Shown here: positions 1 to 9,858 of the stretch, one piece after another
Position numbering within the stretch: position 1 is the stretch's first letter
Layout of the letters: every line of letters starts with the position of its first letter
NCBI GenBank assembly: GCA_965247855.1
Contig: CBDFHZ010000003.1
Coordinates: 116,914-180,913, forward strand
Origin: Ferruginibacter sp.
Lineage (GTDB): Bacteria; Bacteroidota; Bacteroidia; Chitinophagales; Chitinophagaceae
Direction of reading: 5' to 3'
DNA length: 64,000 nucleotides
Notes under the pieces: model-generated
Database searches by the model: none
What the model was told of the DNA's origin: nothing
Seen by the model: the letters and a program-made list of their open reading frames with translations, nothing else
Program-made: the position numbers and the translations under genes

Positions 1-999
1 AATCTTTAAGATAAATTCTTCCGGTGTATTTGCAATACTGCAAAGTCCCTCAACTCCCGATCCGGCTGCACCGGCATCGTTCACGATACAATGCCTGCCG
101 TTGAATAAAGCATTCAGCAGTTTTAATTTTACCCCTGTGTTATTGAAAGAGGGTAAAATGTTAACCTGTGCATTTGAGATCAGTTTTTGCATTTCATTTT
201 CAGCAGGCTCGGGGATAAGCTTTACATTCCCGTATTTATCGGCAAGCGCTACAAGCGCAGGTGCGGGATTGTGTCCGGCTATAATAAAGGGGACTGCAAT
301 TTTGCTGAATACTTCCATGATCAGCCATGTGGCAGCTTTTTCATTTTCATTCACTGCTAAATTCGCCTGGTATAAGCAATAGCTGCCTTTGCCTTGTTTA
401 CCCGATATTTCATCCCACGGCAGAAATGCCGGAAGGAAATGCGTTTTGGCGCCGAAAAGTGTCTTGTACTGTTCTGCATCGTTTTTGCTCAATGTCCACA
501 CCGGAATTTTCTTTGCTATAATTGCTTCGTATTTTTTCAAAAGCCGCGACTCATTCAGAAAATAAAGCCGCTTTAGAAAAGAGCGTTCATATTTTGCCAG
601 ATGGGCATAGTAATCATGTTCAACATTATACAATCGAAGAAATATTTTTCGCCGTGTAAGCTGATCAAAGTAAACCGCAGCGGTAGAATGAATCCCTTCC
701 AGCAAAACCGGGTGATCATCCTTTTGCAGGTTTTTTACAAGTTCATCACTAACCCTTGAGGAAACGATATAAGGCAGTTTGAGCGAAATACCCGTCCATT
801 TTTTACGCGCATAATAATGAACGCTTTCGCAATATTTTTCAAGACCGGCTTGTGGCCTGCGATCCTTTACAAAGCAGTGCAGCGTAATTTTTATCCCTGC
901 TTCATGCAACCATTTCAACTTATAATACGGATCTATTACCCCGCCGTAATCGGCAGGAAACGGCACGTCATGTATCACGATATGAATATGCTTACTCAA
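1..999 (-). CDS. Glycosyltransferase, GT-B group 1 family (partial; C-terminus lies beyond the window start)
   Basis: Hand translation of the minus strand is open for all 333 codons from TTG at 999 to base 1 (SKHIHIVIHDVPFPADYGGVIDPYYKLKWLHEAGIKITLHCF ... NAQVNILPSFNNTGVKLKLLNALFNGRHCIVNDAGAAGSG). It is missing from the ORF track only because it runs off the edge. Plus-strand ORFs 101-1020 are its antisense shadows. Its start overlaps the stop of the upstream glycosyltransferase by 8 nt. Confidence 0.7.
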   Translation of the reverse strand, partial: MSKHIHIVIHDVPFPADYGGVIDPYYKLKWLHEAGIKITLHCFVKDRRPQAGLEKYCESVHYYARKKWTGISLKLPYIVSSRVSDELVKNLQKDDHPVLLEGIHSTAAVYFDQLTRRKIFLRLYNVEHDYYAHLAKYERSFLKRLYFLNESRLLKKYEAIIAKKIPVWTLSKNDAEQYKTLFGAKTHFLPAFLPWDEISGKQGKGSYCLYQANLAVNENEKAATWLIMEVFSKIAVPFIIAGHNPAPALVALADKYGNVKLIPEPAENEMQKLISNAQVNILPSFNNTGVKLKLLNALFNGRHCIVNDAGAAGSGVEGLCSIANTPEEFILKI

Positions 1000-2080
1000 A
1001 TACTGATTTATAAAAATTAAGTAATTTCTTTTCTTCGTTCTGCCAGTTGAATGTTTGCGCGGCGGCGGCACAATTATTCTTTAACCTGCGGTGCAATTCA
1101 TCGTCATTCAACAAACTGTTGATCGCTTTTGCAACGGCATCGATCTCAATGTCGTTTACCAATACTGCCACTTCGTAGAGATTATTGATTGCGGTATATT
1201 CCGGAAAATTCATTGTTACCTGCGGCACACTGTGCATGATATAATCGAAGAATTTATTGGCCAGTGAATAATATTGATTCAAGCCGTTATTCTCTACCAG
1301 ATTAATGCCGACATAAGCTGCCGAAGTTACCGTTTCCAATTCCGCCGGAGAAACCATTCCTTTCATCAGTACTTTACCCTGTAAGCCATGTTCTTCGATC
1401 AAGGCTTTCGTTTGCGCAGCAAAATTACCGTCCCCGTAGATGATCAGTTTCGCATTCACCTGCTTCATCGCCGGGATCAATGATTCCAATCCCCGTGCTT
1501 CATTTACCGCACCCTGGTAAATAATATTTTTTTGTGCTGACAAAGCATGAGGATAGTTTTTATAAAACGGCACATTTCTGATCGTTTCATAATTTACTTT
1601 GTACAATTGTCTTAAACTATCCGAAATGCTTTGACTTACCGTATATCCTTTTTTAAAGCGGGGCAAGTACGTTTTTTCTACCCAATGCCAAATCCGATAG
1701 ACTTTTGGCCGGCTCACCACTTCCTTTAATTGCGAAAAATATTCATGCGCATCATATATGCGTTTTTTGCCTTTTATCGCTGACGCTATGTAAACGGGCA
1801 GCATTGTATCCAGATCAATGCAACAAATGGTGTCGCAGGATTTGAAAAGGAGGTAAAAGACAAGTTTGATGTTATATTCCATATAAAATCCCGGACCTTT
1901 TTGAAAAAGCATCGGAATTCTTTTTTGTTCAAATCTTTGCGAAGTAAGGGGGAGAGAGTATTTTTTACTGACACCGATCAGGCTAACTTTGTAGCCGCTG
2001 CGCGCCAAGGTACTGCAGATCCTGAGCATTCGCCTGTCGTAATTAAGATCGTTTGTAACAGTAAAAATGAGGTGTTTCAA
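992..2080 (-). CDS. Glycosyltransferase family 4 / group 1
   Basis: 362-aa ORF. The C-terminal half shows the GT1 sugar-nucleotide domain pattern (KLIIYGDGNFAAQ..VSPAELETVTSAAYVGINLVE..SLANKFFDYIMHSVPQVT). It is tandem to and overlaps the next glycosyltransferase. Confidence 0.85.
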   Translation of the reverse strand: MKHLIFTVTNDLNYDRRMLRICSTLARSGYKVSLIGVSKKYSLPLTSQRFEQKRIPMLFQKGPGFYMEYNIKLVFYLLFKSCDTICCIDLDTMLPVYIASAIKGKKRIYDAHEYFSQLKEVVSRPKVYRIWHWVEKTYLPRFKKGYTVSQSISDSLRQLYKVNYETIRNVPFYKNYPHALSAQKNIIYQGAVNEARGLESLIPAMKQVNAKLIIYGDGNFAAQTKALIEEHGLQGKVLMKGMVSPAELETVTSAAYVGINLVENNGLNQYYSLANKFFDYIMHSVPQVTMNFPEYTAINNLYEVAVLVNDIEIDAVAKAINSLLNDDELHRRLKNNCAAAAQTFNWQNEEKKLLNFYKSVFE

Positions 2081-2176
2081 TAAAAAACAGGTTGAATTTG
2101 AGAGCAGGAGGTAAAAATAGCTAAAAGAAAAGGGTAATATTTTCCGGAAAGCCTCCTTTTTTTCGCTAATTTATAC

Positions 2177-2184
2177 TACTTTTG
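2177..2184 (+). promoter_or_regulatory. Candidate Bacteroidota -7 promoter box (TActTTTG) for rpsO
   Basis: Matches the TAnnTTTG -7 consensus of Bacteroidota primary-sigma promoters, about 48 nt upstream of the rpsO ATG. No clear -33 TTG was seen. Confidence 0.4.
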
Positions 2185-2231
2185 CACTCAATTAGAAAAA
2201 AGATAAAACAAAACGTTTTAAAAACAAATTA

Positions 2232-2504
2232 ATGTCGCATTTAACACTAGAGAGAAAAGCAACGCTTTTTTCCACTTACGGCGGAAACGCAAACAACACA
2301 GGCTCAATCGAAGGCCAGATAGCATTGCTTACAGAGCGTATCAATCACATCTCTAACCATTTGAAGACAAATAAGAAAGATTTTTCTTCTCAGCGTGGTC
2401 TGATGATGATGGTAGGTCAGCGTAAAAGATTGCTTACTTATCTCAGCAAACATGATCTTACAGGTTACAGAGCACTTATTGAGAAATTAGGTCTCCGTAA
2501 ATAA
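2232..2504 (+). CDS. rpsO: 30S ribosomal protein S15
   Basis: 90 aa. Typical S15 sequence ([48 protein letters not shown]). Classic position upstream of pnp. Confidence 0.97.
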   Translation: MSHLTLERKATLFSTYGGNANNTGSIEGQIALLTERINHISNHLKTNKKDFSSQRGLMMMVGQRKRLLTYLSKHDLTGYRALIEKLGLRK

Positions 2505-2531
2505 TTCATTATATGTAATTCAAAGAATTTT

Positions 2532-2568
2532 TCCCGACAGTTATACATTGTTGGGATTTATTCTTTTT
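2532..2568 (+). terminator. Candidate intrinsic terminator/attenuator after rpsO
   Basis: 8-bp stem tcccgaca/tgttggga (one G-U pair) with a 9-nt loop, followed by the T-rich run tttattcttttt. Confidence 0.5.
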
Positions 2569-2624
2569 ATGCATATCTACATTTACACGCCTGAAACTGA
2601 TTTTCGGGCTCCAAAACTTTTAAA

Positions 2625-4784
2625 ATGTCATTATTACAACCAAAATCAGTAACATTTGATATAGGTGGCGGCCATATGGTTACCATCGAAACGGGCAAAA
2701 TGGCCCGCCAGGCGGATGGCGCAGTTACTGTACGTCAAGGCAATTGTATTATTCTTGCAACCGTTGTAGCAAACAAAGACCCTAAGGAAGGTCAATCTTT
2801 TTTCCCGTTATCAGTTGATTACCAGGAAAAATTTGCTTCTGCAGGTCGGATCCCGGGTTCATTCTTCAAAAGAGAAGCCCGTTTGAACGATTACGAAATT
2901 CTTACTTCACGCCTTATAGACAGAGCGCTTCGTCCGCTTTTCCCGGAAGATTACTTATGTGATGTTCAGGTGCTTGTTTCCCTTATTTCATCTGATGATG
3001 AAGTGATGCCGGATTCATTGGCATGTCTTGCGGCTTCTGCGGCACTTGCTGTGTCGGACATTCCGATCCAGGAGATCCTTTCCGAAGTTCGTGTTGCTAA
3101 AGTAAACGGCAATATGATCATCAATCCTACAAGAACTGAACTGGCAACTGCAGATTACGAATTCCTTATCGCAGCTACAAGTAAGAATATCATGATGGTG
3201 GAAGGTGAGGCAAAAGAATGCAGCGAAGCAGATCTTATCGCAGCAATCGAAGCAGCACACGAAGCGATCAAAGGCCATGTGAAAGCACAGGAAGATCTTC
3301 GTGATCTTGTGGGCTCACAGGTAAAAAGAGATTACACAAAGCCTTATCGCAACGAAGAGCTGGATGCAAAAATTCAGGCTTTTGCAAAAGATAAAATGTA
3401 TGCGATCTCTTCAGCAGCATCTGCAAAGCACGACAGAAGTGCGGCATTTGATGCATTGAAAAAAGAAACAAAAGAATATCTTGGTGAAGAACTGGCTGAT
3501 GAAGACAAAAAACTCATCGGACATTATTTTGGCGAATTGCAATACAATGTGGTTCGTGATATGATCCTTAACGATCGCAAACGCTTGGATGGTCGCGGTA
3601 CAGAAGATATTCGTCAGTTGGAAATGGAAACTGATATCTTACCAACTCCCCACGGTTCCGCATTGTTCACACGTGGTGAAACACAATCGCTTACAACGGT
3701 TACTTTAGGAACTCCTTTGGATGAATTACTTGTTGAAAGCGCTCATCATTCTGATTATACAAAATTCATCTTGCATTATAACTTCCCGCCTTTCTCTACA
3801 GGTGAAGTAAAAATGATCCGCGGCGTTGGTCGTCGCGAAGTTGGTCATGGTAATCTTGCAATGCGTTCTTTGAAGAAAATGATGCCGGGTGCTGAATATC
3901 CTTATACCGTTCGCGTGGTAAGTGATATTTTGGAATCTAACGGTTCGTCTTCAATGGCTACAGTATGCGCGGGTTCTCTTGCATTGATGGATGCGGGTGT
4001 TCCGTTGAAGAAACATTTAAGCGGTGTTGCGATGGGCCTTATCAAAAAAGGTGATCAGTTCGCAGTACTGACAGATATCCTTGGTGATGAAGATCATTTG
4101 GGTGATATGGATTTTAAAGTTACCGGTACACGTGATGGTATTTGCGGTGTGCAAATGGATATTAAAGTTGACGGTTTGAGCATGGATATCATGCGCAGCG
4201 CTTTGGAACAGGCTCGTAAAGGACGTTTACATATCCTCGATGCTATGCACCAAACGATTGAACAGGCCCGTGCAGAAGTTAAACCTCATGCACCACGTAT
4301 GGTTAAGTTCACGATTGATAAAGAATATATCGGTGCGGTGATCGGGCCCGGCGGTAAAGTTATTCAGGAAATTCAGCGTGAAACAGGCGCTACGGTAAAT
4401 ATCGAAGAAGTGAACAATGCAGGTGAAGTGAGCATTTTCTGTAAAGATAAAGCTGCGCTTGACAAAGCATATGTTTGGATTCAGGGTCTTGTAGCTACCC
4501 CGGTTATCGGCGACACTTACGAAGGAACAGTGAAGAGCATAAAAGAATTCGGTGCATTCGTTGAGTTCCTGCCTAAGAAAGAAGGTTTATTGCACATTAG
4601 TGAAATAAGCTGGAAACGCCTTGAAACAATGGAAGGTATTTTCAAAGAAGGAGACAAGGTAAAAGTGAAATTGCTGGATGTAGATCCTCGCACAGGTAAA
4701 TTCAAACTCAGCCGCAAAGTGTTGATGCCGAAACCTGATGCACCTGCAAAGCCAGACGGGCAGCGCAATCCGGAGCAGAATTAG
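2625..4784 (+). CDS. pnp: Polyribonucleotide nucleotidyltransferase (PNPase)
   Basis: 719 aa. Two RNase PH domains plus KH (GAVIGPGGKVIQEIQ) and S1 (GTVKSIKEFGAFVEFLPKKEGLLHISE) domains. Conserved rpsO-pnp synteny. Confidence 0.97.
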   Translation: MSLLQPKSVTFDIGGGHMVTIETGKMARQADGAVTVRQGNCIILATVVANKDPKEGQSFFPLSVDYQEKFASAGRIPGSFFKREARLNDYEILTSRLIDRALRPLFPEDYLCDVQVLVSLISSDDEVMPDSLACLAASAALAVSDIPIQEILSEVRVAKVNGNMIINPTRTELATADYEFLIAATSKNIMMVEGEAKECSEADLIAAIEAAHEAIKGHVKAQEDLRDLVGSQVKRDYTKPYRNEELDAKIQAFAKDKMYAISSAASAKHDRSAAFDALKKETKEYLGEELADEDKKLIGHYFGELQYNVVRDMILNDRKRLDGRGTEDIRQLEMETDILPTPHGSALFTRGETQSLTTVTLGTPLDELLVESAHHSDYTKFILHYNFPPFSTGEVKMIRGVGRREVGHGNLAMRSLKKMMPGAEYPYTVRVVSDILESNGSSSMATVCAGSLALMDAGVPLKKHLSGVAMGLIKKGDQFAVLTDILGDEDHLGDMDFKVTGTRDGICGVQMDIKVDGLSMDIMRSALEQARKGRLHILDAMHQTIEQARAEVKPHAPRMVKFTIDKEYIGAVIGPGGKVIQEIQRETGATVNIEEVNNAGEVSIFCKDKAALDKAYVWIQGLVATPVIGDTYEGTVKSIKEFGAFVEFLPKKEGLLHISEISWKRLETMEGIFKEGDKVKVKLLDVDPRTGKFKLSRKVLMPKPDAPAKPDGQRNPEQN

Positions 4785-4906
4785 GGTTGAGATTAAAGTA
4801 TATAGGGAGTATAAATATCGAAAATACTTCCGGGTTGAAAGGACTTTATTTAGCTTGATACTTTAAAAACTTTTATCAGATTCTTTAAATAATGATATTA
4901 AAACAC

Positions 4907-4940
4907 AACTGCAGTGCTTACATACTGCAGTTTTTTTATT
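4907..4940 (+). terminator. Rho-independent terminator of pnp
   Basis: Stem aactgcag/ctgcagtt with a 10-nt loop, followed by a run of 7 T. Confidence 0.8.
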
Positions 4941-4941
4941 T

Positions 4942-5772
4942 ATGCAACACACCGCAGTAACATTTAATAATGCCAGCGAAGCGCAAAGCGAAATGCTCGT
5001 TGCGATCCTTTCAGTACAAGGTTACACGGGCTTCGAAGAAGAAGGAACAGTTTTGAAAGCATACATACCGTCTGATCTTTTCGATCAATCGGTGATCGAC
5101 GCACTTCCGGAAATCGCTTCGCTTGATCACAATTTACAACATATAGAAGAAGAGAATTGGAACGCAGTTTGGGAAGCTGATTTTGAGCCCGTTGCAGTAG
5201 ATCACCCTGTTACGAAAGAACCGTTTGCCTTTATACGTGCGGGCTTTCATCACGCAGATCCGCGTTATGTGCATGACGTGATTGTAACGCCGAAAATGAG
5301 CTTTGGTACCGGTCACCATGCAACTACTTACCTCATGGTGCAGCAAATGGCGAATATAGATTTTGCAGGAAAAACCGTTATCGACTTTGGTACAGGAACC
5401 GGTATATTGGCGATCCTCGCTGAAAAACTTGGAGCCGCAAACATTACCGCAGTTGATTGCGACGACTGGAGCATTAACAATGCAAAAGAAAATCTGGACA
5501 TCAACAAATGCACAAAATACAAACTCATCAAAGCGGAAACCATCCCCGGGACTGAGAAAGCGGAGATCATTCTGGCTAATATCAATCTCAATATTATTGC
5601 AGAGAATTTTGAAGCCATAAAAGCAGCTGCTTTGCCAAACGCAGAAATCTTATTTAGCGGTATCATGCATCACGATGAAGAAAACATCCTTAATAAAATC
5701 AAAGCAGGCGGACTTGAGATCAAAAATGTGTATAAAAAAGAAAATTGGCTGGCTGTTTACACGCTAACATGA
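4942..5772 (+). CDS. prmA: Ribosomal protein L11 methyltransferase
   Basis: 276 aa. PrmA-type layout with a SAM-binding motif (VIDFGTGTGILAILAEKLGA) and FGTGHHATT upstream of it. Confidence 0.9.
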   Translation: MQHTAVTFNNASEAQSEMLVAILSVQGYTGFEEEGTVLKAYIPSDLFDQSVIDALPEIASLDHNLQHIEEENWNAVWEADFEPVAVDHPVTKEPFAFIRAGFHHADPRYVHDVIVTPKMSFGTGHHATTYLMVQQMANIDFAGKTVIDFGTGTGILAILAEKLGAANITAVDCDDWSINNAKENLDINKCTKYKLIKAETIPGTEKAEIILANINLNIIAENFEAIKAAALPNAEILFSGIMHHDEENILNKIKAGGLEIKNVYKKENWLAVYTLT

Positions 5773-5816
5773 TGACAATATCTTGATTTTTAACAGGGAA
5801 AAATGTGGTTTTTACC

Positions 5817-5824
5817 TATATTTG
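5817..5824 (+). promoter_or_regulatory. Candidate -7 promoter box (TAtaTTTG) for plsY
   Basis: Perfect TAnnTTTG, 20 nt upstream of the ATG at 5844. Confidence 0.45.
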
Positions 5825-5843
5825 CCGTCCCTCAAGTAATTAA

Positions 5844-6506
5844 ATGTCAGGCATGAAAGAACTTATTGTTATTATTTGCGCTTACTTCATCGGATCAATT
5901 CCTTCGGCACTTATAATTAGCAAAAGATTTTTTGGAATTGATATCCGCGACTACGGAAGCGGTAACATGGGCGCCACCAATACTTTCAGGGTGCTCGGTT
6001 CAAAATACGGAACGATAGTAATGATCTGCGATATCCTTAAAGGCGTTTGCGCAGTAGCACTTTATAATTTTCTTCCTTATTATTTACAGCATACCAATTC
6101 ATTCGAAAGAACAAACCTAATGATCGGTTTAGGCCTTGCTGCTGTGCTTGGGCATGTGTTTCCGATCTGGGCTAACTTCAAAGGCGGTAAAGGCGTTGCT
6201 ACCTTATTTGGAATGTTGCTCGCCATTCAACCCATCGTTGCGATAACCTGTGTAGCAGTTTTTGTGTTCGTACTTTATCTGACAAGATTTGTTTCCCTCA
6301 GTTCAATATTAGCTGCATTAATGCTTCCGATCTGCGTGCTTTGGATTTGGAATGAGCATGAGGTTTTGTACCGCGTATTCGCTCTTATCGTGGCTTTGCT
6401 CGTGATCGTAACGCATCAGAAAAACATTGGCCGCCTTCTTCGCGGTGTGGAAAGCAGAATTCCTATTTTACGTTATCGCGACAAGCGTAAGAACCGCAAT
6501 AAATAG
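5844..6506 (+). CDS. plsY: Glycerol-3-phosphate acyltransferase PlsY
   Basis: 220 aa, multi-TM. PlsY motifs GSGNMGATN and FKGGKGVAT. Confidence 0.93.
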   Translation: MSGMKELIVIICAYFIGSIPSALIISKRFFGIDIRDYGSGNMGATNTFRVLGSKYGTIVMICDILKGVCAVALYNFLPYYLQHTNSFERTNLMIGLGLAAVLGHVFPIWANFKGGKGVATLFGMLLAIQPIVAITCVAVFVFVLYLTRFVSLSSILAALMLPICVLWIWNEHEVLYRVFALIVALLVIVTHQKNIGRLLRGVESRIPILRYRDKRKNRNK

Positions 6507-6575
6507 CCGGAACATTTTTTTAAGAATAATTGGTACGGGTATTGTTTAGCTTTGGGCGAATTAAACCCACAAAGC

Positions 6576-7376
6576 ATGAAAAGATTATTACTTGTACTGT
6601 CAACAGCGTTGTTCCTTACTGCGTGTACAAAGAACGCCGTTACCGGCAGAAATCAGCTAAGTCTTGTATCCAACGAACAATTACAGGCAGATGCAGTAGC
6701 GCAATACAAAACCTTTCTTTCCGAAAATAAAGTGGTAAGTGCATCTTCGAACAGAGATGCCGAAATGGTAAAAAGGGTTGGCTCGAGGATAGCTACTGCT
6801 ATTACCGCCTACTATTCCAAACTGGGCAAGGCTGATGTACTTGCAGGATACAATTGGGAGTTTAACCTGGTTGACAGCAAAGACGTAAATGCATGGTGCA
6901 TGCCAGGCGGGAAAGTAGTGGTTTACACCGGACTTTTACCAATTACACAAAATGAAGCGGCACTTGCGGTTGTACTTGGTCACGAGATCACACACGCCGT
7001 TGCAAATCATACAAACGAGGCGATAAGCAAGCAATACGTAACCCAGGGGCTTGGTGCTGTTATCGGCGGTTCTATTCAAAATGAAGCAAAAGCGAATATC
7101 TTCAATTCTGTATTTGGTTTGGCAGGCGGTGTTGCGGGTCTAAAAAATTCCCGTAATGCAGAGTATGAAGCGGATCACTACGGTTTATTGTTTTGTGCTA
7201 TGGCCGGTTACAATCCTCAGGAAGCAATTCCTTTTTGGAACAGAATGTCTTCTGCCGGGTCCGGGGAAAAACAACCGGAATTTCTTTCTACTCACCCTTC
7301 AGATGAGAACAGAATTTCGAGATTACAGGGCTATATGCCTGAGGCATTGAGTTATTACAAACCAGTGGGCAAATAA
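6576..7376 (+). CDS. M48 family metallopeptidase lipoprotein
   Basis: Start moved to the internal ATG, which gives signal peptide and lipobox MKRLLLVLSTALFLTAC. HEXXH motif (GHEITHAV) and downstream EYEADHYG, typical of M48. Confidence 0.88.
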   Translation: MKRLLLVLSTALFLTACTKNAVTGRNQLSLVSNEQLQADAVAQYKTFLSENKVVSASSNRDAEMVKRVGSRIATAITAYYSKLGKADVLAGYNWEFNLVDSKDVNAWCMPGGKVVVYTGLLPITQNEAALAVVLGHEITHAVANHTNEAISKQYVTQGLGAVIGGSIQNEAKANIFNSVFGLAGGVAGLKNSRNAEYEADHYGLLFCAMAGYNPQEAIPFWNRMSSAGSGEKQPEFLSTHPSDENRISRLQGYMPEALSYYKPVGK

Positions 7377-7400
7377 ATTACTAGTCTCATAAGGGGTTAT

Positions 7401-7438
7401 GGGCACAGCAGATCCGTTCTGGTGTGCCCTTTTATTTT
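7401..7438 (+). terminator. Rho-independent terminator
   Basis: Stem gggcaca..tgtgccc followed by ttttatttt. Confidence 0.75.
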
Positions 7439-7528
7439 GCGGATTAAGCTTGTTAAATAATGGCTAATTGGTATGAAAATATTTTAATACAAATAACTCC
7501 TTGTATTTTTGGTCCCTAAATTTTAATC

Positions 7529-8374
7529 ATGAAAATATTATTTCTCTCTTCTTTGGTTCTGATGTCTGCGGCAGCTGCAGCACAGCCGAAGCTGGTTACC
7601 AATGCGGTTATATCTACAACGGTGACCATAACCGCTCCTGAGGATGAAGATGTAAGTCAGATCCAAAACCAGGGTGGCGGTTTCAATATGCGTACAATGT
7701 TTGACGGTGAAACAAAAAGTACAACATATATTAAGAATGATCTTGTAAAAACAGCAGTGAAATCAGAAATTTTCCGCGCTAATATTTTTCGCGATAACAA
7801 AGCAAAAACAACTACAACCGTTTTTCAAATGGGCGGAGCATGGCAGGGCTTTTCTTCGTCAGATAATGATCAGGTAGAAATGAGCAAAAGAATGGATAGC
7901 GTAATGAAAGAGCGTGCGAAGAATGACACCGGCTTTAAACCCAGAACAAGAGACGTTCAGGCTTCTGTTACAGTTGTGAATACTGATGAAACAAAAAAGA
8001 TTGCCGGCTACAACTGTAAAAAAGCATGGGTAATTACGGATAAGATTATTGCAAAAGATTCACTTGCCGTTTGGTTTACACCGGACATTAAATTTTCACA
8101 AGTATCATCAACAGGGGGTACCAGCGGTATGGGACCAATGAGTAATTTTATGGGAGGTAATACCAACTTTGATAAGATTGATGGTTTTGTAATGCAGTAC
8201 CAAAAAGACATGCCGCGTGGCCGTAAGATGGAAGTAAAAGTTACGAAGATTGAAACGGATAAAGACGTTGCAGATAAAGAATTTGAGATTCCCAAAGATG
8301 TAGAGATAAAATCAGTAAAAGATATGCAGAACGGTGGCGGCGGGAGCGGTTTCCGTATGTTTGGAAGACCATAG
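7529..8374 (+). CDS. Secreted hypothetical protein
   Basis: 281-aa ORF with a signal peptide (MKILFLSSLVLMSAAAAAQ). No catalytic motif recognised. Bounded by terminators on both sides. Confidence 0.7.
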   Translation: MKILFLSSLVLMSAAAAAQPKLVTNAVISTTVTITAPEDEDVSQIQNQGGGFNMRTMFDGETKSTTYIKNDLVKTAVKSEIFRANIFRDNKAKTTTTVFQMGGAWQGFSSSDNDQVEMSKRMDSVMKERAKNDTGFKPRTRDVQASVTVVNTDETKKIAGYNCKKAWVITDKIIAKDSLAVWFTPDIKFSQVSSTGGTSGMGPMSNFMGGNTNFDKIDGFVMQYQKDMPRGRKMEVKVTKIETDKDVADKEFEIPKDVEIKSVKDMQNGGGGSGFRMFGRP

Positions 8375-8397
8375 TAAATACCCTATATTGTATAAAA

Positions 8398-8430
8398 GAA
8401 AAGGGAGCAAATCAAATTTGCTCCCTTTTC
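8398..8430. terminator. Bidirectional hairpin terminator between convergent genes
   Basis: Perfect 15-bp stem gaaaagggagcaaat/atttgctcccttttc with a 3-nt loop, flanked by A-rich and T-rich sequence. Confidence 0.8.
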
Positions 8431-8446
8431 TTTATCATACTTTTAA

Positions 8447-9712
8447 TCAGAATTTAATTGCATCTGCAAGCTTATCATATTCCGCTGCCTTTTTAGGATC
8501 AGCTTTAGCAGCGTACAGGTCAGACATATTGTTCAGTACCGATTTATAGTTTAATTTTTCTTTAGTAGTAAGTGTCGCCTTTGCCTTATAAAAGTCAACC
8601 GTTTTTTGTCCGTAAGGAATTGCTTCATCCATTTTTGCGACAGCTTTGGTGGTAAGCTCTTTTTTAGCTTTTACGTCATCCGGCTTTGCGCCTTTAATGA
8701 GAGCAGCTTGTGTGCTGTAATCTGAAGCCCAATTGAAAAGATGGCTCGACAAAAGCAAACTCGATTCGATATTCGGATCATTAGGGATCGCAGCTTTAAG
8801 AACTGCTGTAAGCTTTTCTCTCATGGCAGGATCTACAGGTGTTTTAGCATCTTTTCCGTACATCTCGTTGTATAATACCACACCATAATTGTAAGTGTTG
8901 GTGAAATTGTTCGGATCTGCTTTGAAAAGTTCATCATAGCGGGCAAAAAGTGCAGTTTTATCACCGTTGTTAGATAATTTTTCTATCTCCAATGCATCCC
9001 AGTATTTATCCTGAGGATAAGCTGCTTTTGCCTTGGCAAGAAAAGGCTGCAGATTGTTTTCATCATTCTTATCAAAATAATAAGACGCTAAATATTCATA
9101 GATAGCCTGATAATCCGCGCCGGTAACACCCTGATCTGCTATTCTTCGGTAAGCCTTGACAGCACTAGTTGTATCGCCCGACTGCAGTGCGGAAGCTCCC
9201 ATATTCATCACCAATGACGTATCAAGTGCATACAGGGCAACCTGCTCATTCGTATACTTTTTCTGCAAAATATAATTTTCAACTTCCTGTGCTTTGCTGA
9301 AAGATTTATAAGCGCCCGTAAAATCTTTATTATTGAATTGCACGCCCCCTAAGCCGTAGAAGCCAAGATAAAGATCAAAATATGAAGCGTAAAATTCAGT
9401 TTTCAGATTCAGTTCGTTCTTATCATATTGCTGACTTTTACGAAAAGCATCATACGCCGTTGATTTGTAACTAAAGGCATCTGCAGACGAAACCGAGGGG
9501 TCTTTTGAGTAACTGTTGTACACAAAACCCTTATAGTACCAGCCCTGACCATCAGTTGCGGTTTTACTATCAGCGGTATATTTATCTATCGCAGACTTAG
9601 CAGCGGGGTACAGCTTCTTATCCATTAACCCGTTAATATCCTCCAGCTTTTGAGAAAACGACCTGCCGGCTACAGCAAGCAAAAGAGAAAAAACTAAAAC
9701 TTTCTTCATCAT
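8447..9712 (-). CDS. Secreted TPR-like repeat protein (hypothetical)
   Basis: 421-aa ORF with a signal peptide (MMKKVLVFSLLLAVAGRSFSQ). Repeated helical A/Y-rich segments are suggestive of TPR-like repeats. Confidence 0.7.
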   Translation of the reverse strand: MMKKVLVFSLLLAVAGRSFSQKLEDINGLMDKKLYPAAKSAIDKYTADSKTATDGQGWYYKGFVYNSYSKDPSVSSADAFSYKSTAYDAFRKSQQYDKNELNLKTEFYASYFDLYLGFYGLGGVQFNNKDFTGAYKSFSKAQEVENYILQKKYTNEQVALYALDTSLVMNMGASALQSGDTTSAVKAYRRIADQGVTGADYQAIYEYLASYYFDKNDENNLQPFLAKAKAAYPQDKYWDALEIEKLSNNGDKTALFARYDELFKADPNNFTNTYNYGVVLYNEMYGKDAKTPVDPAMREKLTAVLKAAIPNDPNIESSLLLSSHLFNWASDYSTQAALIKGAKPDDVKAKKELTTKAVAKMDEAIPYGQKTVDFYKAKATLTTKEKLNYKSVLNNMSDLYAAKADPKKAAEYDKLADAIKF

Positions 9713-9858
9713 TATGTATGTTTTTTTTGAGGTGATAAAGTTATCAGTTTTGCCCGATAACGATCAGGTTTTACCCTGCTTTTCACAAATGATGCTTAAA
9801 TATATCCGTTTACATAACCAACATTAAACATTAATTTTACACCCCTTTATTCAAAACA

